Source: Patescibacteria group bacterium (GTDB taxonomy: Bacteria; Patescibacteriota; Patescibacteriia; UBA10025; JAHIVO01). From it: DNA of 64,000 bases. Positions 36,342-48,800 of this stretch are shown piece after piece. The number at the start of each line of letters is the position of its first letter. Position 1 is the first letter of the stretch. The stretch spans positions 21,226 to 85,225 of the forward strand of contig JBAZKE010000003.1 of assembly GCA_041650915.1 (NCBI GenBank). Reading direction: 5' to 3'. Under the pieces are notes generated by a model. That model was given only the letters and a program-made list of their open reading frames with translations. It was not told the origin of the DNA and ran no database searches. The translations under genes and the position numbers were made by a program.

Positions 36342-39300
36342 ATGAAGAAATTATTCCACAATCGAGCGGCAATCGTAGGTCTTACCGGCCTTTGCGTCGG
36401 CATCGGTGCGGTCGTTTTGGTCGTGACCGCGAGCGTGAGCATTGCCCAGGTAACATGGGAAGAACCGACATCCCAGCCGCCGGGCGGCAATAAATACGCG
36501 CCGCTCAATACCGGCCCGGGCGACCAGGCCAAGCAGGGGGGGCTGCTGCTCGACCCTTTCTATAACTATATCGGGCCAATGCCCACCATGAGCTATCCGC
36601 TCGAGGTCAGGGGGCCGCAGAATGTTAGCATATCAAGCCTCGAGGTGCCCTCGGGGCAGGATACCGGGCAACTGACGGTTGATACCGATACGCTGTACGT
36701 TGATGCAGTCAGCCACCGGGTCGGTTTCGGTACGGCCGCGCCGTCATCGCTTGCTGAGGTGAGCGGCGGTTCGCTCGATATCGGGAGCGCCGCTTCGCCC
36801 ATTGCCGCTGATCCGGCGCTCTACGTTGCCAGCCAGTCGGCAGCCGGCTTATACGCAACTTCAACAGCTAGCGGTGCGGTAGCGGCGATCTACGGCGTGA
36901 GCGGCGCGCAGCCTGGCGTATTCGGGTATAACCTCGGGACTGGCGCCGGCATCAGGGCGGACAGCGGTTCTTCGTCAGCGGTTGTCGGCACGACAGATGC
37001 GCCGCTCAGTACGGGGAGTACCGTGCAGGCCGGCGTGTACGCGGTCGGCAAAGGGCTCGGGGCATGGGCCGGTTACTTCGGCCAGCGGGTGTACGGGTCG
37101 GATGCGGTTGTCGGACGCCAGTTCATCGAATCCCAGCCCGCTGAGTCGCAGGTTCCCTATACGCAGACATGGGAAGTTCGGCTATCCTCCGATTCGAAAA
37201 AAATAAATCCCGTGCACCTGCTGTACGCAAACGGATACGTCTGGGTTGCCCAGGAAGACTCGGTCGTGTATGTCGTCAATCCCCTCAATGGGTATTTGGT
37301 AGGGGAGATCGAGCTTTCCGCGGATTTTGAGAATGACCCGGGCCATCCGGTAAACGCCAACCACGGGATCGGAAATATGGTGTACGCAGAGGGTTATATA
37401 TGGGCTCTCGGCGATACGTGGGACGAACCGATCGTATCCCGGTTTACGCCCGATCCGGATATTGCCGGAAGCTCAGTCCGGCAGTTCATCCTCGGCACGG
37501 CCTTCGACGATGACGATGTGCGCGACCTCGTGTACGATGACATCACGCCCGGCGGCCCATTCCTGTGGATAGCGAGCAGTGATGGGCCCGGTGAGGGCGA
37601 CCAGCATTCAATCGTCCGTTTGACTATCAATGAATCAAGCCCGGACTATGGTGATTTTATTGAAGTGCTGGCGCCTGACGCGAGCTGCATTACCCTGGAT
37701 GCCGCACTGTGCACCGATCGGCTCGATAACAACGGTGACGGCACGATCGACCACGGACTGTGTGTGTTCAGTGCACCGATTGATGTTGCGGAGTGCAGTG
37801 TGGCAGGCGGTACATGGACGCCCGGTACGTGCACGGATTCACGGTACGCCGATCAAACGTCTTGTGAGGGCGCACCCGCAGACAAGTACGGGTATGCGCC
37901 CCGGTGGGTGCCGGGAACGTGCAGCACCCCGGTGTGCTCACAGGTTGAGTGTGAAGCTGCCAACCACTGTTCAGGCGGCACGTGGACCGAAGGGTCTGGC
38001 TGCTCGGACGCGAATTGCTTGACGCAGGCAACGTGCGGGCTTGGCTCGGGCTGCGGCGAAACATGGACACCGCTTGAGACAGACTGCAATCCATATACTG
38101 CGACCCCCGGTGCCTCCGTGTATGATCCCGATGCGCCCGATGTGTCTCCGGATACGGACGAACGGCTCATATACCGGCAGCTCGGCGTGCCGTTCGGCAT
38201 TGCGTTTGACGGCACTGACGTATGGACGGTCGGGGGCATGCTCACCTCTGATGCATCTTCGGGAGAAGCAGTCGTAAAAATTAATGCCGCTGACCCTGAA
38301 AATGCCAGTCTTCATGACTACTACTGCATCGGGCCGGCACGTGATGCGCGGGATATCACGTACGATAGCGGCAATGACCAGCTCTGGATAGGGCAAGCGC
38401 CGTCCTGGCACAAGCCTGGCACCTTTCATGGCTTGAGCCGGTTTGATATGGCAGCGGGAAAAATTGCGGAGACATACCTGAATTCGGTTTACGGTTTTGG
38501 CGTCAATATAAATAAGGTAGAGTATGACGACATCTCAGCCGGCGGCCCCTGGGTATGGGCAGCTGCTGCGTACAATGCACCGCTCAACAAGTTCCATATC
38601 AACGATGAAGAAATAAAACACCAGTTTATTCCTCCCGGAGGCATCCCGGATTTTTCGATTGACCGTGAAACCGCAGGCGGCCCGTACGCGTGGTCGTCGC
38701 TGTACTATGCGAGTGCCGTCGGCAGAAGCCTGGTCAATGAGCCCTATACGACCGTGGTATATACGCCCAAGGGGGTCGGCAGGGAGGATATTGCGTTCGA
38801 CGGGGAATTTATCTGGACGGCAAACGGGTACGCCCAGTCAATCAGCAAGTACCGCTCAAGCGACAGCGAAAAGGTTGCAGACTACGGCGGGTTTCCGAGT
38901 GACGTGCAGCATATAATGTACGACGGTTCATACTTGTGGGCAGTCATATCGGGCGGCAGCCCGCTTGCCAAGGTCGATCCGCGGACAGGTAATATTATTG
39001 AAATATTCACGTACGCAGGCGAGCATCAGGTCGGGTGGGATTGGGCTTTTGACGGCACCAATCTCTGGCTCTCCCTCGAGCACAAGAATATGGTTCAGCG
39101 CATCGATCTCACGTCGTGCAGCGCCGGCACGTGCGGCGTCACGCAGTATGCAAATATTTTTCAGCCGTACGAGCTTGAGTTTGACGGAACCTACGTCTGG
39201 ATTACCCACACCAGCCAAGCCTCGAGTGACGTCAGCCTGAGCGATAGCCTGACGCGCATCAGGGTTTCTGACGGTGCGGTTGAAGGCCCGTTCATCGTGC

Positions 39301-40559
39301 TCGATGACGAGCACGGGGGCAATATCACCGCGCTCGAGTACGACGGAACCTACCTGTGGATCGGCACCAGTATCGCGGATTACTACGGCAACAGCGTTTT
39401 TAAACTCGATATTGAGCGTTGCGGGGAGGCGCCTGATTACGTTGATGCATGCCCGGTCGCAGGTCGGTATAAAATTTACCACGATTCCGGCGTATGCTCA
39501 GTGAGCAAGACGTACTGCACGGCATCTAACGACTGCCCGGCAACGGAGTACTGCAGCAATATCAGGCCGGCCTGTACGTACGGTGATAAGACGGATGTTG
39601 TGTATTCGAGAGTTGATCAGATGCTCTTTGACGGAATGAACATGTGGGTCACGAATATGACACCGACCGATTGCAGCTCATTACGGGAGTGCAGCACGGA
39701 TAATTCGTACGACGAGGACGGTGACGGCCTCACGGGGAATAGTGATCCGAACTGCGAGCGTACGTATGATGCGGTTTCCTATGACCACCACGAGCGGAGC
39801 ATCTGCGATGACGGGATTGATAACGATAATGACGGCACGTGCGACTGGAACGGATGCGGCGGATTGCCGGCTGACAGCGAGTGCGTCGTTGCCGGCTACC
39901 CGAATGACCTGCAGCTTGATACCGAGGGTGCGTCGCTGTTTACTGACGGCAAGGGGCTGCTCGAGTGCAGGGACGGGCTCGACAATGACGGCAATGGCTT
40001 GTGCGACTGGGACGGCGCGGCCGGCTCGCCCGGGTGCAGCGGCAAGCCTGATCCGGGATGCGATGTGCCGAATGACGCGAGCGAAGCAGCGCGGCCTAAT
40101 GACGCACATCTCACGAAGATCAACGCGGCTACCGACGAGGTTGTCGAGAGTATCCTCTATGGGGCGTACTGCAGTTCGAGCGGGCTGGCGTACGATGGCA
40201 CGGATCTTTGGATCGCGAACTACGCGTGCGAATCTGGTTATGAGTACAGCGCAGCCGCGTACTACACCCTTTATCAGTATTATTCCGGTAATGGGCGGGG
40301 AGTCACGGATATTATAAGTTCCGTTAACCTATCGGGAATTGATGCTGCTGATCCGCAGCAGGGGGATATTGCACTCGGCGGCAGCGCTACGTTTGGCGGA
40401 TCTTTGTATGTAAACGGTGATATCGTCGTGCCGGGAAATACGTGGGCGGGGACTGCCGACCATGATCAGGCATTCGGTGACGGATGCGCCGAAGGTGAAT
40501 TTGTAAAGGGGATCGATTTGACAGCCGGCAGCGAGTCGCTCCAGTGCCGGCCACTATAA
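36342..40559 (+). CDS. Large anchored or secreted paralog (1405 aa), Cys-rich, with FDGTxxW repeats and the C-terminal Cys motif.
   Basis: ATG at 36342, 4 nt after the upstream stop. Its N-terminal module, Gly/Tyr-rich repeats and FDGxxxW beta-propeller repeats match 33191..36337. C-terminus CAEGEFVKGIDLTAGSESLQCRPL. Confidence 0.75.
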   Translation: MKKLFHNRAAIVGLTGLCVGIGAVVLVVTASVSIAQVTWEEPTSQPPGGNKYAPLNTGPGDQAKQGGLLLDPFYNYIGPMPTMSYPLEVRGPQNVSISSLEVPSGQDTGQLTVDTDTLYVDAVSHRVGFGTAAPSSLAEVSGGSLDIGSAASPIAADPALYVASQSAAGLYATSTASGAVAAIYGVSGAQPGVFGYNLGTGAGIRADSGSSSAVVGTTDAPLSTGSTVQAGVYAVGKGLGAWAGYFGQRVYGSDAVVGRQFIESQPAESQVPYTQTWEVRLSSDSKKINPVHLLYANGYVWVAQEDSVVYVVNPLNGYLVGEIELSADFENDPGHPVNANHGIGNMVYAEGYIWALGDTWDEPIVSRFTPDPDIAGSSVRQFILGTAFDDDDVRDLVYDDITPGGPFLWIASSDGPGEGDQHSIVRLTINESSPDYGDFIEVLAPDASCITLDAALCTDRLDNNGDGTIDHGLCVFSAPIDVAECSVAGGTWTPGTCTDSRYADQTSCEGAPADKYGYAPRWVPGTCSTPVCSQVECEAANHCSGGTWTEGSGCSDANCLTQATCGLGSGCGETWTPLETDCNPYTATPGASVYDPDAPDVSPDTDERLIYRQLGVPFGIAFDGTDVWTVGGMLTSDASSGEAVVKINAADPENASLHDYYCIGPARDARDITYDSGNDQLWIGQAPSWHKPGTFHGLSRFDMAAGKIAETYLNSVYGFGVNINKVEYDDISAGGPWVWAAAAYNAPLNKFHINDEEIKHQFIPPGGIPDFSIDRETAGGPYAWSSLYYASAVGRSLVNEPYTTVVYTPKGVGREDIAFDGEFIWTANGYAQSISKYRSSDSEKVADYGGFPSDVQHIMYDGSYLWAVISGGSPLAKVDPRTGNIIEIFTYAGEHQVGWDWAFDGTNLWLSLEHKNMVQRIDLTSCSAGTCGVTQYANIFQPYELEFDGTYVWITHTSQASSDVSLSDSLTRIRVSDGAVEGPFIVLDDEHGGNITALEYDGTYLWIGTSIADYYGNSVFKLDIERCGEAPDYVDACPVAGRYKIYHDSGVCSVSKTYCTASNDCPATEYCSNIRPACTYGDKTDVVYSRVDQMLFDGMNMWVTNMTPTDCSSLRECSTDNSYDEDGDGLTGNSDPNCERTYDAVSYDHHERSICDDGIDNDNDGTCDWNGCGGLPADSECVVAGYPNDLQLDTEGASLFTDGKGLLECRDGLDNDGNGLCDWDGAAGSPGCSGKPDPGCDVPNDASEAARPNDAHLTKINAATDEVVESILYGAYCSSSGLAYDGTDLWIANYACESGYEYSAAAYYTLYQYYSGNGRGVTDIISSVNLSGIDAADPQQGDIALGGSATFGGSLYVNGDIVVPGNTWAGTADHDQAFGDGCAEGEFVKGIDLTAGSESLQCRPL

Positions 40560-40572
40560 TAATACGATTGCA

Positions 40573-42801
40573 GTGAAACGATTTTTACTCACAATAAAAA
40601 AAGCCCGTAAATGCGCAATCCTGTGCGTCGGCATTGCCATAGCTGTTTCGTGCGCAGCGGGTGGCCGCGTTGCTACGGCTGAGTGGATTGAACCTGACGA
40701 TGCTCCTCCTGAGGGAACTTTTTACGCGCCGATAACGCAGGGATCGGAGAACCAGGCGAAGAAGGGGTATGTGAAGCTCGATCCGCGATATACGCCAACA
40801 GATGATTACTCCCTCACGTACCGCATCAATAAGCCGCTCGAGGTAGCGGGCATCGGTGCGAAGTTTTCTACACCGGACGTATTCGCGAATTTGCTCTACG
40901 TCGATACGGACACCCTGTACGCCGATTCATTCTCAAACTGGACCGGGATTAATACCGATGTGCAGCTGCACGGGGTACAGCTCGAGGTTGCCGACGGGAC
41001 CGTGACAGCCACCCATGATAACGGTCCGGCCGTCCGCGGTTACAGCGGCACCGGCGCCGGAATCTACGGCAGCGGAGGAGCGGCTGGCATCGCCGGGGTG
41101 TACGGCCTCCGCGCTTCGAACGACGGCTGGGCAGTCTACGGCGAGAGCGAGGGTAACGTCGGGGTGCGCGGCGAGAGCGAAGCGGGCGCTGGCATCTATG
41201 CGACGACGAATTCGGATACGATGGCCGCCGTGTACGCGCGCAATGACAATACAGGCTGGGCAGCGTACTTCGACGGGAAGCTCGGCGCGGGATCCGATGT
41301 GATCACGAACCAGTTTTATCCGACGACGACGCGGCAATCGCTGCTGCCGTATACCTCTGGGCAGAAGGTTGCGGAGTATACGTACGGCGCTGACTGGAGC
41401 GATCCGGTCAACGCGATTCTCGCTTTTGACGGGACGTACGTCTGGGCGGCTACAAAAGGCAGGGATGAGAATACGAATAACCTCTTCAAGATCCGCGCTG
41501 CTGACGGCCAGACGATGGATGCATGGCGCCTTGATAGCATCTACTCGGCGGAGGCGATGGCATTTGACGGGCGTTACTTATGGCTGTACGGGCACTGGAA
41601 CAGGCTCGCCCGTTTCGATACCGTGACGAATGCGGTTCTGTACAGCGAGCTCGTCCCGATGGGGGCGCAGGATGTCATTTCGGTGCTCGTGACGTACTCA
41701 GGAGGCGAGGAGTACATCTGGGTTCCCGACTGGGGCAATAACCAGATTTTCAGGTTCAACGCGAGTACGTTCAGTACCGTAGCGCCGGAGGCATTCCTGT
41801 TTACCGATACGGCGGTGATTCCCGCGGGCAGCCTTCCTTTTTCCGAACCGGCCGGCTCGACGTACGACGGTGAGTATATCTGGATCGCCGGGTACGCAAC
41901 CGGTACCGTTGCACGCATCTGGGCGGAAAATCCGAAAGACTCAGGCCATCCCGGCATGGTCATCGATACGACGACGAGCGCCTACAACTGCGCGGTCCGG
42001 AAGGTTGTCTTTGACGGCGAGTACGTGTGGTGCCTGCAGGGGAATACCCTGTCGTACCTCGTGCGTATCTGGGCGGAAGACCCGTACGATCCCCGCCATC
42101 CGATCCGGCAATTTGGTCCCCTCATGGGAGGGGCGAAGGGCGCTGTTTTTGACGGCACCTACCTCTGGGTCGTGAACCACCTTCCAGGCACGAACGGGCT
42201 CTACCGCTTCCTTGCAGCCGATCCGGCGCAGTACGAACGTGTCGATAGCACGATCCGTAGCGAGTACCTCGTCTTTGACGGCACGTTCATCTGGGTTATC
42301 GATGAGACGACCGGCACGCTCGAAAAATTCTACAGCGGAGCGGGTACAGGCGCGGTGTACCAGAATAATATGGTGGCGCTGCAGACTTACTCGGGGCAGT
42401 GCAACGCTGATAGTTCGTACAGGTGCATGACCGATGCCGATTGCGTCCAGGTCGGAGGCACGTGCAATGTGCAGATGTACGCGCAGCAGGGTGAGGTGCA
42501 CATATCCGGCAGCGCCGAGTTCAATGACGCCCACTGCTTTGATTCCTGGCAGAACCGGCACTACTATGACCGGGCGTGCACGGCAGATGCTGAGTGCGGC
42601 GGCGCGGGGTGGTACTGCATCGGCGGTGACGTAACGGCCGGCGCAGACGTGGATGCGGACGGCAACGTGTGGGGCGGCAGCGATGATGCACGCGCAGTGC
42701 CGTCCGGCGGTTCGGCCGAGTGCAGCGACGGCCAGTTTATTAAGGGCATAACGCTTGACGGGGACAGCGAGATTACCGCGATAATCTGCAGGCAATTGTA
42801 A
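40573..42801 (+). CDS. Paralog (742 aa) of the same family.
   Basis: Signal peptide. The N-terminal module AEWIEPDDAPPEGTFYAPITQGSENQAKKGYVKLDP aligns with TWEEPTSQPPGGNKYAPLNTGPGDQAKQGGLLLDP of the previous gene. CMTDADCVQVGGTC. C-terminus CSDGQFIKGITLDGDSEITAIICRQL. Confidence 0.75.
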   Translation: MKRFLLTIKKARKCAILCVGIAIAVSCAAGGRVATAEWIEPDDAPPEGTFYAPITQGSENQAKKGYVKLDPRYTPTDDYSLTYRINKPLEVAGIGAKFSTPDVFANLLYVDTDTLYADSFSNWTGINTDVQLHGVQLEVADGTVTATHDNGPAVRGYSGTGAGIYGSGGAAGIAGVYGLRASNDGWAVYGESEGNVGVRGESEAGAGIYATTNSDTMAAVYARNDNTGWAAYFDGKLGAGSDVITNQFYPTTTRQSLLPYTSGQKVAEYTYGADWSDPVNAILAFDGTYVWAATKGRDENTNNLFKIRAADGQTMDAWRLDSIYSAEAMAFDGRYLWLYGHWNRLARFDTVTNAVLYSELVPMGAQDVISVLVTYSGGEEYIWVPDWGNNQIFRFNASTFSTVAPEAFLFTDTAVIPAGSLPFSEPAGSTYDGEYIWIAGYATGTVARIWAENPKDSGHPGMVIDTTTSAYNCAVRKVVFDGEYVWCLQGNTLSYLVRIWAEDPYDPRHPIRQFGPLMGGAKGAVFDGTYLWVVNHLPGTNGLYRFLAADPAQYERVDSTIRSEYLVFDGTFIWVIDETTGTLEKFYSGAGTGAVYQNNMVALQTYSGQCNADSSYRCMTDADCVQVGGTCNVQMYAQQGEVHISGSAEFNDAHCFDSWQNRHYYDRACTADAECGGAGWYCIGGDVTAGADVDADGNVWGGSDDARAVPSGGSAECSDGQFIKGITLDGDSEITAIICRQL

Positions 42802-42804
42802 TGT

Positions 42805-45800
42805 ATGCCAAAGGCGACTAAAAATTTACTCTTCATCCTTACCATCGCCACTGCGGCTGCGGTGCTCGGCGGCGGGCTGCTCTGGCTCGGGTATGCGCTC
42901 GTGCGCGAGCCTGCCGGCTCAGTGCCCGTCGCGGTCGCGGAAGACCCCGAGACGCTCATGGATGAGCAGGCCGAGCAGGGGGCGATCAACTATACGCATG
43001 CGGATAACGGAGACGGCACCTCGACGATGACGTTCTCGCTTTTTGATACGCAGTACCTGGCCGACGATGGCGCGTACGCGCCCATCAGTACGGAGGTCCT
43101 GGAATCAGCGGGCGACTACGCGTTTGAGAATACCGAGAACATATTCAAGACGCACTTCCGCGGGAGCGCTGCCGTGGACAGCGCCGTCGAATTCGCGATC
43201 GGCGAGCGGTCGGTGGGCATCAGCTTCGTCGGCGCCAGCGAATCCGCGCCCGTCGCAGCGGGAAACACGGTCACGTACCCGGGCGTGTATGGCGGCATGG
43301 ACGCCCGGTACACGCTCCTCCCGGAGCAGCTCCTCGAAGAGCTCATCGTGACCGAGCAGGTAGAGGTCAGCCGCATCAGCCAGAAGCTTATCCTGAGCAA
43401 CGTGTACTACAAAGAGCAGCCGGACGGTTCGCTCACTTTCCATGATGCAGACACCAGGCGGATCGTGTGGTATACACCGGCTCCGGTCATGTATGAGATT
43501 CCGACCGAGGAAAACAGCGAGGCGGGCTCGAGCTCCGCCCTCCACTACGAGGTGGAAGAGGTTGAAGGCGGCTTTATCGTGCACAAGGTGATCGATGCTG
43601 AGGGTATCGAGTGGCTCAAGGCTGCTTCGTACCCGCTCGTGATCGACGGAACATTTACCCGTGACACCTGGCCAACCTCGTCGGGCTCAATGTATGGGGA
43701 GATTGCGTGGGAGGATCCGTTGTGGACGGTCGACCCTGGAGGCAGAAGTTTTTGGACAGAGGGTTACAATTGGGAGCAGATGGCGTACGTTACCTTCCTG
43801 CAGGACGGGACGATCGAGCGCCGGGCATACTTAGTGTTTGATACGAAGAGGCTGCCGGATTCGATATGGCCGATACAAGCAACGCTCCAGGTGCGCAACC
43901 TTCAAAATAATTTTTACGGAGAAACGTGGCGTGATGACGAGTATTACATGGGCGCTTTCGCATGCCAGTACGGGTGGTACGTCCTCGGCTCCGACGATTG
44001 GGAAGGGTGCAAACGCTTGACAAGTGACATTACTAATGAGGATGACGACAGCGTTGAGCTCGTGGATAACTGGCCTAGTCATGCGTGGCATACGTTTAAC
44101 CTCAATCCGGAATCAATCGGTGCGGATGTATGGACCAACGTCGTGCTCGATACGTACCGCGTCGGAAATCTTGACGACAATAATTACGAGCGCAGTATGG
44201 TAGTCGGCGTCGGCCCGAATGCCGGCCCGACTTCCGGGCCCGACATGTGGGCGTATGCGCCAATACTGACGGTCACGTACAAAGGCCCGCCCCCGCCGCC
44301 AAACCACTTTGAGATCACCGGCAATACGCAGACGAGCGTTGCGCTCGAGTGGCAGGATGAGAGCACGACCGAAGACGGGTGGATCATCCAGTACGGCCCC
44401 ACTGCAGCCGGGCCGTGGACAGACCTGTGCCATCCGCATACGGGCAGCGGTTCTATCCCGAGCACGGGCGTTTGCGTCGACTTCAGCTCGGATTGGGACT
44501 GCGATATAGAGGTAACGAAGGCGGGGAGCGGCGACGATACGCCAGCTGACCCGGACGACTATATGTGCCGCCTGACGCACACCCCCCTTTCGCCGAATAC
44601 GCACTACTACTACCGGATCGTGACGTACGAGCCTGCACCTTTTGGCGAGAACGGCGCTGTGTTCTCGTCGGTCAACCGCAGGAGCGTCACCACCTCGCAT
44701 CTCAATGCGAGTGGCGAGCTGTACATCGGCGGTTCACGGTTGGCGAATGGCGAGACGCACGGTGCGCTCGAGCGGCGCCGGTCCATAAACGGGCGACTCG
44801 ACCGCACGTTTGCCAACCTGCAGGGCGATGTGGCGTGCTGCGACACGGCAGGGTGTGCGGGATATGTTGATTCCGGACAGGGATGGATTCTCTTCAACTG
44901 GGATACTTTTTGGAGCTTCAATACGATTCTCGACATTCCGAGCGGCGCCGGCTCAATACAGCCCGATCTGTACGCGCTCGGCGGCGCACACTGGGATTAC
45001 GATAAGCTCATGCGTTTTGACACCATGAATGACCACGAGGGAGAGTGGGAGTGGAAAAACTCAGTGAACTGGGGAGCGTACCAGTCCAAGATGTTTCCCA
45101 TATTGGAGGAAAACACGCTCATCGTAACCGGCGCCCGTGAAAATTATAATGCTTCTTATCCTACTTTGGGCTGCGGCCGGACCGGGTACTGCTGGAAGGT
45201 CAAGGCTCAGCTCATGCTGAAGTCCTGCAGTGCGACGCTCGGGTACCGTTATGACTGGGACTACAGCGCGACAGGCCTTAATGGGGATGGCTACTACAAT
45301 GGCGAGATGTGGGTGCCGGCTGGCCAGAATCTGTACGATAGCGTATCGGACGCGGACTATATGTACCTCGCCGGCACGCCGTATGGCCTGGCGGACGGGT
45401 ATCTCCGGAAGCACGATAAGTACACCGGGTACCTGTGCAACGGGACTGACGCGAACCATTGCGGCATCGGGAACGGGTGGGGCGACGCAGACTCCGGCAC
45501 GATCACGATTCCTGAGAGCAGCGGTATCAGATACCTCGCGATTGATAGTACGAGCCTGTATTTGCTCGGCTCCCGTGACGATGGCATCTCCTGGCAGATT
45601 GAGAAGCGCAGCCTGGCTACGGGTGACCGCGTGACCGCGTTCAGCGGAGATGGCGTCTTTGTCTCTATTATGGGTTCACCTTCACCGTCGGACATCATTG
45701 TCGATAATAACTACCTGTACGTTATCGGCCGAGAACGGCCCTCGAGCATCTACCAGTGGCGCATCGAGAAGTACGACAAGAACACGGGTGACCGCTGCGA

Positions 45801-48800
45801 TGGCGGGTCCGGGCACTGCGGCAATGTCGAATTCGGGTCAAGCGGCATCATTTCATTCAGCAGCGATGTGGCAGGTGATGCGTATACGCCGGTGTCAATC
45901 GAGCAAGACGATAACCACCTCTACATCTCTGGAGTAGCGAATTCATCGTACACTGCGTGGCGCATTGAGAAGCGCGTCAAAGATACCGGTGCACTCGGTA
46001 ACAAGATGGATATTCTCCACGGGGCGTCGCAGTTCGGAATCCACGACGACTGGTCATATCCGGAAGACGCCTGGACGCTCGCCGAGGCGGTTGCGGCACC
46101 CCCGGTATTTGTCGATCCGCAGCCGGACAATTCCGAGGTGCACGTACTGTATGAGAACGGCGGTTCAGCAGGCCCGGGCAGGTTCCCGGACGATCCGCTC
46201 GACGGCGATCCGGGCACGACCCAGTACTGCCTCGGGCTCTACATCGAGGACTGGCCGGCGGATCCTGGTTTTGAGACGCCTCCGACGCCAGATACTTTTT
46301 TATCCATATGGAAAGACCTTGCGGCATACGGCTATTTTCCGCAGACGCTCATTGCTGGTACTGGCGGCTTCATGTGGTGGGGCCCTGTTTGTTATACGGC
46401 GGCCGAATGGCACGGTCTGCCGTTCTCATCCGTATACCCGCGGCTCGAAACCCCGATACGTGCGCCGCTCAATATGCTTGCTGACAGTACTGAGATCGCT
46501 CCGCTGCCTCCGGACCAGGAAATGACAGGCGCGTTTTTCGCGAAGAACGGAGACGGTGAGGTGGCGGACCCGCTGCCGAGCGGATGGGCTACCACGAGGA
46601 CGCGCGCCCGCAATCCTCTGCAGCCCCTCGCGACCGCGCTCGATGCCCATACGGTCCAGATTACGATGCGCAATAATAGTGCAGGATCGGTGTCTAGAAA
46701 TCCTGCGTGGACAGACTACGCACTCCAGAACGCAGATACCGGGCAGTATCTTGATCCGGCTACTGGTTTATTCGTAGACGATCTGCCAATCAACGAGGAC
46801 GATATTTGGTGCGACCTTTCTTCCCAAGAACCTGATAGTACGTGCAATTGGGGGTACCCGAGCCCTGACAGCGTTGGGACGGTCACGTTCAACAATGCGC
46901 AGCCTGCGCTGTGCTATGAATTGCGCGCAAAGTCGAGGAATAAAGATAAAGTCGAGGGTGAGTTTTGGGGCAGGTGCAATGAGTATATGACCGACGGAGG
47001 CGGATATACGTGCTGGACCGACAAGGCGTGCGTGCCGTGGAACTGCAATATCGAAAACCATACTACGTTTAATAATAGCCAACCGGCGCTCTGTGCATCT
47101 GAGGGCGGCGTCTGGGAGGAAAACTGGGATTCCGATTCGTGCGTTGATCAGAGTGATCCGGATTATGAAGACTGGTACAATTTAATATGGTCGACTTCAG
47201 TGAATGTATGCGTTCCATCCGCGCCCGCTGATGGCGTCAATGTCGAGTGCGGGTATGACGAAACGGACGGATACTACTGCGACCTGGGGATTATCGATAG
47301 TGAGAATCCGGCGAATTATTGTGAAGGTCATCCGGAATGCACCGATCAAGCCAGTTGCGAGAATGTCGCAGGGTGCAATTCTACCTGGCATGTCAGCGTG
47401 GTCTACGGAATACAATACTGCCTGGATAATGTGCCGCTCAGTGATTGCTTCAGCGTACCGGGGCACGGCTGGAATGATGCGGTTTTAGAAACGGACCAAA
47501 AGGTACACCGGTTTGCGTCAGAAACGCTGCAAACATGGCTCGCGTGCTCGCAGGAGAATAACGTGCAGGCATACCGCGTCCGTACGCGGGGGCAGAATGG
47601 AGTATGGTCTGCATACACTGCTCCGATCGAAGTGGACATCGGCAGCGGCTGGGATACGTTGCCTCCGTGCCCTGTCACCTGGGCAACGCCTCTGCACTCA
47701 GAAAATGCGGCGGATGGCTTTGGTTATAAAATTACCTGGCAGTGGCTCCAGCCTGACAATTGGGACGCCGACTGTTTGGATAAGGATTGCATGTACTACA
47801 ATTTGTATGATGATGCGATGCGGTGCGTCGTTGGAGGATCGGACGCAGTGCCTGATGCGGACGAGCTCTGCCCTTTGACGCCGCGGCCTTCCATTGCCGA
47901 CTGGATTGATCCGTCATTTTCGCAGTATATGTACTGTGATAACTTACTATGCACCCGGCTCCTGAAGCAGAATACGGAGTACGCTGCCCGCGTGCAGGCG
48001 GTGCGGGTTGATAGGTATAATGAAACGCAGCGCATCCGCGGCGGCGAGCCCACGTGGTATATGAAGCCGTTTGAGGAGTATGCGACCGTTTATACTTCCA
48101 TTGACGCGCCTGCCGGCATAACATTCAATAATGACGGGCTGTCAGCGGAAACGTTGCTTATGCGCTGGACAGGGCTGCTCGCAGGAGTCAGCCAAGCCGA
48201 CTACCGCGGCGAGTCCGGCGTGAAGTACTACCAGACGCTCGAAGGCGCTCCGGACAATATAGGCGATCCTGCTTTTATGGGATTCGTGAAAGACGGCGAT
48301 CCGGCCGTTTGGCTCGATATATGGGATAGTGGCCTGATGCCGAACCGCAAGTACTGCTACCAGGCCGAGGCATGCAATGGCGACTGCGATATACTCGGCG
48401 ATCCCACTGATGTGAGCGCGCGGTCTCCGGTAGCGTGCCAGTATACGCTTGCTGACCAGCCGGCGCAGCCCGTGCTCCGCCGAAATGAGGGGGAGACCGA
48501 AATCACCCTTAGCATCCGTACGAATGCCGATGACCGCAATTCCCACGGCGAGTTCATTGACCCGTACCAAAATCCGGATACTGACTATGCGCTGTGCGTG
48601 ACCAGCTACGATGATATCGGCAATAAGGTCTGGTCGCACTACGCAGACCCGAACTGGGATGCGGGAGACACTACGACCGCATTCATCGATAAGAGCTTTT
48701 GCAGCGATCCGGCGTGCGATAATGAGGCAGACTGCCTCGGATCCGGCCCTGGGCAGTGCAGTGAACTCGTGCTGCAGACCTGGACCGAGCGCCCGACCTG

